From NCBI GenBank assembly GCA_002633005.1, contig NMRA01000209.1:486174-550173 (forward strand): a stretch of DNA of 64,000 nt, given 5' to 3'. This DNA comes from Phoronis australis (taxonomy: Eukaryota > Animalia > Phoronida). The position numbers were made by a program, and so were the translations under genes. The stretch's first letter is position 1, and each line of letters opens with the position of its first letter. A model generated the notes under the pieces. It was not told the DNA's origin. It saw only the letters and a program-made list of their open reading frames with translations, and ran no database searches. Positions 54,098 to 64,000 of this stretch are shown in pieces.

Positions 54098-54930
54098 CTA
54101 GGCTAGCGCAAGCCCCTCGCCAGCTCGCCATTGGCGAATTTTGAGGCGCACTGGCAATGGTGGAGCTAAGTCAATTCGCCAACTTGTCCAATATTTTCGC
54201 AACTTAAAAATAATAATTTCGAGAAACCTTCCCGGTGATTGGGGGAAATCCTACCCAGTTTTTTTTTAAGGTCACAATCAATGAAATTTCTATATGGCCA
54301 ACTTGGTGAATGTTTTCGAAACTCCAAAATAATGATTAAATTCGGGAAACCTACCCGTGGATTGGGGGAATTCCTGTCCAAATTTTTTAGGTCAACATCA
54401 ATGATATTTCCGTGTGGTTGGCGTACCCGCCCTAAAGAAGGGATAGGAGGGAACCCCTGTCCCAGTGGTGGATTTAGAGGGGGCCAAGGGGACCATGGAC
54501 CCCCTAAAATTCCATTTGGCAGTACGGGGATGCGAATTTCTGACGGGCAAAATCCTGGCTAATATTCTGCCCTGGGCCCCCTAACTCAAAATCCTGGATC
54601 TGCCCCTGTGCCCAACCGAAGTTTTTAAGGTATCATTTAATTGCCCATGTGGCCGGCGTACCCCCGCCGTAACCTTGGGATAGGGTTAACCCAGCCCAAT
54701 TTTTAGGTCTACGTTAATGAAATGCCTGTGTTTCCTGAGTTACCCTGTCGTAATGCGGGTATGGAGGGGAAGCCCTTGCCAGTTTCTAAGGTCAACATCA
54801 TGCCATGTGGCTGGCCTAACCCAGCTGTAACCCGGAGAAAGTATTGGGCTAAAAATTTTTGAAAATTGCTAAGTTTTCAGATGTTTTAGCCATTTTGGCT
54901 AATACCTTTGAAAGTCTAGCGCGAGCCTAG
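54098..54930. mobile_element. hAT-like element with internal diverged tandem repeats and nested MITE (54463-54608)
   Basis: CTAGGCTAGCGCAAG...CTAGCGCGAGCCTAG flanked by CTACG/CTATG; nested MITE flanked by TGTCC/TGCCC; recurring TTTT(A)AGGTC..ATCAATGA units. Confidence 0.75.
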
Positions 54931-56451
54931 CTATGTTCTGTAACAATAAAAAATATTTCAAAAAGAATCTTTACACGAGTACTTTCTCATGTTTATACTC
55001 AGCATGGCCTATTTTCTCTGCATGGCTGTCAAGTGGAAAACTCATTCATCAGATTGGGCCGGCTGTTCACAAATTAGATACGAGCACAAATTTTTTGACC
55101 GCGAAATTTCTCTAGCTTTAGTAGTATTTCACCAAAGGTCACGGTCTTGCATTTTGTGGGTGAACTGAATTAATGGCGGCCATAAGATGTCCGAACAGTC
55201 GTGTCTAAACCCTACACAGGTACACTCCACATCAAAATGCTGGATCCGCTCCTAGAAAGCGCAATAAATTCAATAATTAATCCACTGAACAGAAACACCA
55301 TAAGCTGTTTAAATGTCCCGTGACCTCTTTAAAAAGTCCCACGACCGGTTTAAAAAATTAGCGACCAGTTTGTAAAAAAAGGCGTCGTCATCGTTAACAA
55401 CGTCTTCATGGAATTTGGTTCAAATTATGCTTGACAGCAAATTGTCCATAGCCCATTGAAACTGAATAAAGCTGACTAAGTGGTCAGTTGCCGAAAGTCT
55501 AATCAGCTACATGTATGATCAACGGATTATAGTCACCACACTATAAACGTCATCACGTTTTCATAATCACACGCATAATTATCTCTGTTATTCAACAGAA
55601 GATGTTATTGTCGATAAATAAATGTTACATGCACACCACAACTAGTGTCCAGCACGAAAACGACCACAGAAAGTAAGAGAGAAGTCAGGAAAGAAGTTGT
55701 TTAAGAGTACAGGAAATGTTGAAAAAGTAAAAAGTATACCAAAATTCTTTACCAAATGTAAATTTCTAATAACGAGTTGTCTTTCGTTAGTAGCGCACAG
55801 TCAACGTTGAGTTCTTGTCGTAGGAAAACTAACGTACACAATCTTTTTTCTATCAATTTTTTCTCCTAGATTTTATGAACAGTTCGGTACAGTTGACATG
55901 GTTATTTTGCATTTTACTTCAGACAAAATAACAGTTGGAATTTGTCAGTTTAATCGAAAAATCTTAAAACGTTTAATTCAACATCAGAACAGGAACTCAC
56001 AAAATTTTGATAAGTTAGACAAATGGGAACAGCTGCAAAACAGAAGAAATCAGATTAATGATCGAGGGCTAGTTAATTTTTCGAACATGTGAATCTTCAC
56101 AAACAACTAAAGTCGTACAGCCTGTTTTTTGATTTATTTAATTGCCATCACAATATTGTGAACACACCTGTACCCATTCATCGCAAGCTCTATGCTTTAT
56201 ATGGAGTCACTCACACCCTCTTGTCACGCAGTAGCGCCCGCACACCCACACAAACACACAGAGATACTCGTATGCTCGTCAGGGTCAAGTCTCCTCTGAA
56301 AATCACTGCAATGTATGTAGCACATGCGTACGTTAAATTTGTGGATCACACACGGAAAACATTTCCTTAACATACATGTATATTGCATAACATCCACCAA
56401 CTCACCGTCACTATAAATATTTATATAACGTCTTTACCAGTCAACAAATCG

Positions 56452-56689
56452 TGACGTAATGGTCATAGTTCCTGTCAGAGGTCAACTAAGAAAGCGATTA
56501 TCAGAAAATCGTCGGACAAATATTTCTCTTCTGGGAACTCGGACGCGGATGGTCAAATCTGTCTTCTTGATTGGCTAGTGTCTGTTTACAGGACTTGGAA
56601 TTTACCCTTATATGAACCAGTTCCATTTGAAGAAATTCAGAAAAATAGCCTCCACCGAAGATTCAAAATTTACCTCGAAGGTGAAACTG
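56452..56689 (+). promoter_or_regulatory. Putative promoter and non-coding first exon of the peptide-precursor gene
   Basis: TGACGTAA (56452), reverse CCAAT (56570), TGTTTAC (56583), kappaB-like GGAATTTACCC (56597-56607), TTATATGAA (56608), CTG|GTAAGT donor at 56690; acceptor TTGCTTTTCAG lies 8 nt before the ATG. Confidence 0.5.
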
Positions 56690-57379
56690 GTAAGTAGAGA
56701 AGCACTGCGAGTTTTGTTAGGAACAAATGTGTTTGACTTCAGGAAAATAATACAGCGCGCAGTGTCTGATCAAGAATATATAGTTTATGTATATTATTTT
56801 ATGAAAATTGACGTAAAATTAAAAAGGTCTCACATCGTGATTTCGAAAACCAGTCACAGAACTCGCCAGACTGACTCTTGGACTGTAATTTGCTGCATAC
56901 GACTGTTGTTCATTTTCCATAGACAAACAAGCGATCAGTTGGACTGGAGATATCTTTTTCATCAATGCCCGGTCATTGACAGGGATTTGAGGCTTTCAGC
57001 AAAAGACTAAGCCTTCTCTAAACAAGCATGTCATGTGTCCGAAAATAAGACATAAACGAAATTGTCCCAATTAAAACAAAATCAACATTTGTATTGATAG
57101 CCTGAATATCAACAATTGTTTTGATGGCCTGAATCAGCTTAGTGATGGCAGGCCCAGATTAAGACCGGGTTGGCCTTTTCAGTGTGGAAACATGTTCAGT
57201 TTCTTAAGGATGTCCTGGACAGTTTGTTCGAGCTCAGAAAGTATATTCTATCATAGCATGGACAGATCTAGGGACAAAAATAATTTTTCTTGTTCCTGAA
57301 ATTTTGCCTCATACATGTATGATTTGCATTGTACGGTTGATGATATAATAAAAATCATAATTGCTTTTCAGAAACTATA

Positions 57380-57604
57380 ATGAATCTGTCGACTATTCTC
57401 ATCTTCCTTGGCCTCCTGGTCGTTTCCCACTTCCCCGAGAACGCCGATGGCTTCCGTCTTCGAAGGGCTTTCCGCAGAGTTCGTGTTCGCATCCGCCTTC
57501 GTCGTTTGGCCAAACCGGCCTGTCTCGCTGGATGCAGTCTAATTACCAATGCGTGGGGCGCAGCCGCATGTCGTCTCGCGTGCAGCAGAGCAAAACGTGA
57601 CACG
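57380..57604 (+). CDS. Coding exon 1 of secreted precursor: signal peptide, Arg-rich 4-Cys antimicrobial-like peptide and RAKR site
   Basis: MNLSTILIFLGLLVVSHFPENADG|FRLRRAFRRVRVRIRLRRLAKPACLAGCSLITNAWGAAACRLACSRAKR|DT; acceptor at 57371, ACG|GTAAGA phase-0 donor. Confidence 0.88.
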
Positions 57605-59483
57605 GTAAGAGTCATTTGCTAAAGGGATTTTGCGAGAGCTGATGTAGCTGTGTAATGACTACTTTTTTAGAAACATGAATTGCGCGTGATCATAACTTGT
57701 AAACAATTTTGTTTTTCACAAGCCAATTTCAAGGATTGTTGCCAATTTCTATCAAACGAGCAAAGTTGGCGATGATGCTATTGACTGTGTGATCAACAGG
57801 TGAGTTTCAGACGATCATACTGTACATGTATGCGCATTAGATCAATTATTTTTGACGTGTGCTCAGCGATGGCTTTCATTCAACAACTTCGACGTTGTCA
57901 CTTGGTGACTCGACAAATCTAGGTGGACCTTTATCAATTACCTACATATACTGAACCCTAAGTCATATCACCTTAACCAAATAGATCGATCGAAGAAAAA
58001 CACTTGCTACTAGGACATTGGAGAGCCTGTCTGTATTCATTGATTGGACTTTAGTTAGTCGACGGGCCGAATTAAGGTGCGAGCACTGATAAAGATTCAG
58101 CGTTTTGGAATATCCTTATCCACTGAATGAAATTCCCGTGCGCAGAAAGACTCTTTTGAGAACCTGTAACGATTCGTTGAAGAATGCAACGCGCATTTAC
58201 TTTCCATTACCCGACTATACTAAAACCGGAAGGTTATTACTGTACGTAGGACCTTCTTGACACGCGAATTTAGCCAAATATCTAGAAAACTATTCGGATT
58301 TTAACTCAGCACAAGTATACATTTTCCAAAACAACAAAGCCTGGATTTGTTCCTTTTTACCAAATTGCCACTACTTGGGTCACGTTAAATGTCTTTTTAG
58401 TAAAATTTAGCAAAAATGAAAGATACCTAATAACAAAACAACGATGTCAATAAAATAGTCAAAATTGATGTGAGGCAAATGTTCAAGACAAGATTGCAAA
58501 AAGGCCGTTTTGTATAATTTCCTAAAATAGAATAGTTAATGAAGTTATGATCATTGATGGTGTTATCATTATATCAATAACAGTCATAATAACACAAACA
58601 GGACAAGTAACAGTAGCCGAAATAGTAAGTCTGGGTAGGTCCATGTATAATTTTCAATTTAAAATTGAAGAACTTTTAAGGAACTTTGCGAGGATGAGAA
58701 TGCGCCTAACTTGGTCGAACTTCTTGCCTATAATAACTTGACCGTTTCATCGAACTTAACGTTGCTATATTTTTATTTTTAGTCGGAATTTAATGTGACT
58801 TTATTGCATCCAGCCGTTAAAAAGATACTAAACCGTGTTTTGATGATTTCAACCACTCCTTCGTTCTCTCACCTATTAATGTATCATTGATGTCTACCTT
58901 CAAAGTTAAGACAGGAATCACCTAAAAACTCATACTCCCTGTGTCACAGATGGACATTATGGTCCTTGGTGGGTGGTGTTTTACAACGGTTGCCGTATAA
59001 TTCGCTAAAACCCTAGGTCTCGCGTGCCTGTTTAGCAGACATTGAAAGGAGTTTTCAAATTCTACTCCCAAGTTTTGAGGGTTGTCCATGGTTACAGAGC
59101 ATTATTTTGTTTCAGAAAACTGGATGGGAAATTCGTTTTTAGTGTCTGTTAAAAAATCAAAATAAGGTTTGGATTACAATCGTTTATTTGTAAATGAACT
59201 GACATGTACAATGGTCGCGATTTCGACGACACACGTGAAGCCTTATCTGTCAAGTTTTTACCAAAATTGAAGTAATTTCTAATCAGAAGGAAATGCATCT
59301 TTATCCGCGGTTTCTGAATCAAAACTTCGTCGAATTGCGACATCAATTTATTTTGAAAACCACAGTTATGCATGTTATATCAGTAGATCGAAATGTCTTG
59401 TACTTGTAGAGTCCATCTAATAAAAAAACCGCAGGAGCTGTACACGGTTTGAGGGTAATGCATTTTTACACTTCTTTTTTCAG

Positions 59484-59691
59484 ACGTCACAGTTAGCTTT
59501 CCCCATTGAATTTGAGAAATACGATACCAACGGCGACCAAAAGATCAGTCAGGAAGAGTTTCTTGATGTCAGCCAACAGGCCAAAGAAAGTATTGCAGAG
59601 ATATTCCTTGTGGCGGACACCAATAAAGACACATTCTTGGACGAGAGCGAATTCTACACTGCGCCTTTAGAGTTTATTGCTGACGAAAAAG
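59484..59691 (+). CDS. Coding exon 2 of precursor: acidic domain with two EF-hands
   Basis: CTTCTTTTTTCAG acceptor, phase 0; TSQLAFPIEFEKY-DTNGDQKISQEE-FLDVSQQAKESIAEIFLVA-DTNKDTFLDESE-FYTAPLEFIADEK; AAG|GTTGGT donor; absent from ORF track (no ATG). Confidence 0.88.
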
Positions 59692-61041
59692 GTTGGTACA
59701 ATGTAGTTAATTGTATATTTCAGCCACTTCAGCTCTCATGAGAAGCTGCTAGTAATTTTGGCGTTGTGTCAGCAAGCCACTAGGATGCGAACGATTGGCC
59801 GGCCAACCGTGGTATTTCAAATAAATATCGCCGAAAGCAATAATGAAACTATCATCTGACAGCCGTGAACATGTGTTCATATGAAACTTCTTCGGTATTC
59901 TTTGTGTTGGACTAGGAACCAGATAGCTTACTGGTTCCTACTGTGGCATAAGTTGCTACACAAGTCTGTCTAGCAGCAACTGTCAACGCCTTTTAGCAAA
60001 TTGTTCATCGAAAATGACGTTCGCAGGGTGTTAGTTATCTTTTGTAGTCAAACTCTCACTTGCAACAGTGTGTGGGGTGGGGGGGGTATTTTCTACACAC
60101 TAATTAGACTTCAAAGACGCACGGTCTATGGTAATTATGAATGTACATGTCAATCATGGCACGTTGTTCATAAAATAGAGGCAGAATCGACAAGTTTCAT
60201 AACGTGAAATTTAAAACGTGCGGGGACTTCCATTTTAAAATCATATAAATGCAGGAATATTGCAGAACTACGAGTACGGACATCAGGACATAATTTTCAT
60301 GAAAGTTGACGTAATTTTTGTGATTAACTGCATCCGATTCATGTACTTTCAGACACTCTCGATAAAATAGTGAACGACTCAGATTTCGACAACATGGAAT
60401 TAGACGATGCCTGAAACATGGGCGTGGTAATCGTCCTGCACAAGACAGTAACGATGCGTGGACAGCCAATATACAGATTATGCAGGCCTAACAACTAGTT
60501 CTTAAAGCAGTACTGTTCCACGACTATTTTTACTTTCTCCTGTCCATGCATTTCACAGTTCTATAAATCCCATAGGCTGCACTTGATTTACTTAGCCGGT
60601 ACTACCAGATCAACGGCCTAAGGCCTTTCCATTGAATCTGGATAACAACTCCCGGTTTGCAGATTGGAGATGTCTTGGTCAAAGTAATCTAGCGAAACGA
60701 TTGGTGTGCCGCAACAGCCTGTTGGGTTAGAAGGGACCATACATGTAATTCGGTCATATGAGGCAAGAGCAGACCACGGCAAACCCCAATGTTCACATTT
60801 ATCAGCAGGAATAATGTAGATTTAGATCAAACAATTGTTGCAAAATAGAAATTCAAGATCCTCTAGCGGCTGACAGGAAATCTTATTGGGGAAAAAAGTA
60901 TTTCTGTGAAATCTAGATGTGACCTGTATATATTTTTGAAAAAAAAATACTGCATGCAGTTAGTTTGTTGAGTTACTTTTGTATGTAATAAATTGTTGGA
61001 TTATATTTATTTTGCTGTTTCCTGTACACTTTCGCATACAG

Positions 61042-61058
61042 AAGAGCTTCATTACTGA
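61042..61058 (+). CDS. Candidate terminal coding exon (EELHY*); alternative 60559-60566 (VL*)
   Basis: Both follow pyrimidine-rich CAG acceptors and close the frame in phase 1; AATAAA at 61698. Confidence 0.4.
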
Positions 61059-62269
61059 CATGCCCAGTGCTGAACACGCGCACTGTCTTTTCACGCACTC
61101 AGCTAAAAAGCAGAATAGCTGGAGGGTATATCAAACAGTCGCCACTCAAGGTTAGCAATGTCTTCTAATATTCACAAGAGTCTTTACAAGCAAAACTTTC
61201 CTAGATGCAAGAACTTCCCCAAGAAGCTCATGATCACGTGCTTTCTAACACTTGATGATATTTCTCGAAGCGAGACCTTGCGTTTCCGCGGGTTTCTGGA
61301 GTCTACTAAACGCAACCATGGTCAACATGCAAAACATTTAGTGTAATTCGACCCTCTTACACGTATATAACAGTATTACTGGGCACTCACAATCGAAATT
61401 CATCAGTTATTTGAAGCGAGGCACCTAAAATCATCATACTATTGCAAGTTTATGTAACAAGTCAGGGATTGTCCTTTCACCAATGTAAGTCAGAGGCTAA
61501 CAAGATCAAATAACTTTCAAACTAGTTATAAACTCATCATCCATAACAAAAATCAACGTTTGATATGAACCACTCATTGTAATCGAATTGTTCCTCAGTC
61601 TGGGCTTCCAAACAACTGACAGATCCTTATCGCACGAGACGAGGGTCCACAAGTGGAGTTGTCACAGCTTGGTCACTTTCTACATGACTATGATCTTAAT
61701 AAACAAGTACCCACTGTCATGTCCTTTGAAGCTCAAAACCCAGTTACTGTTATCACTTGGGTAAGGAACAAGTTAATACCAATTTCAAAATGAAAAATGG
61801 ATTTCATCAAAAGACAATTTGCTTCTTCAATTAAGGTGGCTTATTACAGATTTAAAATGAAATAATCATTGGTCACTATTTTTAACCTTCAAAAGTTAGA
61901 AGACAGTTTGAAAATTATTTCCCAAGCCTGCTAAAATGGCAAGTGGACCAATGCTTTGACAACTGTTACAGTAGGAAAAGTCCTCAAAAAACACTATTTG
62001 CATAATGGTACAGGAAGGTGTCCAGTTTCAATAACACACCTATCACGCAGGTGCCAGTGGTGCATCAGCAAACGACAGGGACAGCATTTGGTGGAATCTT
62101 CAATTAGGACTTTGATACACTTTTCAGAGAAACTTTAACAAGATTATTAAACTTAGGTAAAGGCGCACTAATTAATTTCATAGTTTTTTATATTAATGCA
62201 GGGATGTCGACAGCACATTAAAATTATGTATACTGAATTGGAAATTATTTTTGGCACACAAACAGTCTG

Positions 62270-62924
62270 TCATCCATTACTATGTTCAATCTTTTTAATA
62301 TTCATGTACTTAAACTTCTTTGGGTTGATTCCATATGCCTTCAGCCTGTCTGACGATATAGTCTCCTTAACATCCAAATGTTTTTTCTTTCCTTTCCTTT
62401 TTCGCTTCCGTTTGCTCGACTCTTCAGGATTCACATCACCCGTTGTTTCACCCTTACTTTCCTTCAACTTTTCTCTCTCCTTCTGAACAATCATACCCCC
62501 AGTTTTGGCAACACTGCCATCGACATCACCATTTGGTTTCCGCTTTTTCCATTTGTCTGTCTTACAGTTTCCATCAGTTATAGAATCACTATCAACACTA
62601 CAACCCTCTTTCAACACACTGTCAACATCCCCGGTTAGTTTCCGTTGTTTCTTCTTTTTTCCATTATCACTTCCAGTAATTGTAGTATCACTGGCCAAAT
62701 TAGTGTTCTTTTGTGACAGAGCCCCAGAACCAGCATCTGAGTTTATTATTTTCTTCTTTTTGTCCACATTACTTCCATCATCCATAACTTGAGTGTGCTT
62801 GCAGTCTACACCATCCATGTTCAGGGCCTTGGCAGAGGTGACAGTTTCAGCAGGCTTCTTTCTCTTTCTCCTTTTCTTGCTCACACTTTGCTGAGGCTGG
62901 GCTTCAGTAGCTTCCTCCGCAGTC
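62270..62924 (-). CDS. KRI1: Last coding exon of probable KRI1 homolog (40S ribosome biogenesis factor)
   Basis: TCTCTGTTCTCAG acceptor; Lys-rich low-complexity tail ending ISSDRLKAYGINPKKFKY, matching the C-terminal motif I recall for metazoan KRI1 (RL.A[YF]G[IL]NPK[KR]); upstream exons not seen in window. Confidence 0.75.
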
Positions 62925-63480
62925 CTGAGAACAGAGATACTCAAAGATGGAATTGTTTTTCACAGAGTGAGGATTTATGTAACAAAAGTCCACTACTATT
63001 AAGTCTAAGTTTGGAAAACATGTCACCTAGGGCCCCAGCAGATGGATAATTACCAGCTGAGTTGTGGAACTCAAATATGCAGGAGCTGTCAACTCAGGCA
63101 TGGTCCACTTGAGGAAGTCAATGAGCTAATTTCAGTTCTATCCATCTGAGCTGGCTATAGACCCTATTCACGCCGACAGGAGGCGCATTCCAAAACGAGG
63201 CTCGCTACGATAGCTCTGTTAGCTTATCGGCATAGTTCTGTGTTTCAGACCGTGTTGTTCGGCGAACGGCTAGAAAAAATACGGACACGCAACTGTCTCC
63301 TTCACAATCTCTAAAGACGTTGAGATTCGGAAGCGTTGGGTCGTTTCCACGACGAAGCAAAATATGTCCATGTAAAATTTATAAATGCTTTCGAAAAGTT
63401 AGATCATATTTTGTCACATGTCGGTCAGTTGTTAAGCATCATAGTAACGACTGGAGAATGGGCCAGCCAGGCTGTGTTTT

Positions 63481-63779
63481 CATGACTACGGATTTAGGGG
63501 GGGGGGGCATAGCCCCCCCTAAAATTGTATCAGATCCCATTTGTGAGTGTGGGTGCGAATTGCTGACTAGCACACGTGCACAACCAGGGCGGGTCTTGGT
63601 AGGTGAATAAACAACGCATAGGCGCTGAATGAACCCCGTTTACCGTTTTTTTTTAGTCAACAGGAAAGAAATCAAGACCTCTGTATCCCCAGAGTTTAGG
63701 CTGGGCACGCACATCTGCCAAAATACTGCTCATTACTGTGCCCTGCCCCCCCTAACTGAAATACCTGGATCCGCCCCTG
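63481..63779. mobile_element. hAT-like MITE in the KRI1 intron
   Basis: CGGATTTAGGGGG...CTGGATCCGCCCCTG termini shared with the 23618 family. Confidence 0.7.
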
Positions 63780-64000
63780 CTACGGGTTGAAACATTATAA
63801 TTTTTCTTTCCAAAAAGGACTGGGCCCTCAATCCCTCAAATTTGGGGCCCAATATTGGCCCTATTCCCCTCTCAAACATATTGAAATATCACGCGAAATT
63901 CCCCCTACGAGGCATAAAAATTCCCCTAGTGAAAAATCTCTCTGAGTTCACATCACCTGTAACCACACAGGTGACAATTTTTAAGAGCACAAAAGGCTAC

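Noticed and set aside
57355-57615. Overlapping antisense and alternate-frame ORFs
   Set aside because: Shadows of the GC-rich peptide exon; no signal peptide or splice support
57723-57799. Possible extra exon in the peptide gene (strong CAG|GTGAGT donor)
   Set aside because: 77 nt breaks the frame into the EF-hand exon, and the 66-nt alternative from 57734 contains TGA. Direct 57604-59484 splicing works without it; at most a poison or truncating exon.
62196-63049. Plus-strand Phe/Ser-rich ORFs
   Set aside because: Antisense shadows of the Lys-rich KRI1 exon

Overview
Repeat-rich, intron-containing eukaryotic (invertebrate-like) genomic DNA with one assembly gap (34668-35343). Most ORFs in the supplied track are spurious. 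The main find is a spliced plus-strand gene (57380-~61058) encoding a secreted precursor: signal peptide, then a 47-aa Arg-rich peptide (net +13, CX3C-X11-CX3C), an RAKR furin site and an acidic two-EF-hand domain (net about -13). It has a kappaB-like/TATA-like upstream region and is a candidate new antimicrobial-peptide family with a calcium-binding pro-domain. It lies tail-to-tail with the last exon of a probable KRI1 gene. An unidentified, partly decayed multi-exon minus-strand gene spans ~8.1-32.6 kb, and its first exon is duplicated at 43.7-43.9 kb with 5 synonymous and 1 non-synonymous differences. The rest is transposon debris: three Kolobok-like THAP elements, a P-type element with 31-bp TIRs whose empty site survives in a local duplicate, Academ, Harbinger and Penelope remnants, 5-bp-TSD MITEs and TA-CATG-TA footprints. 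All calls are from manual reading; no database search was run.
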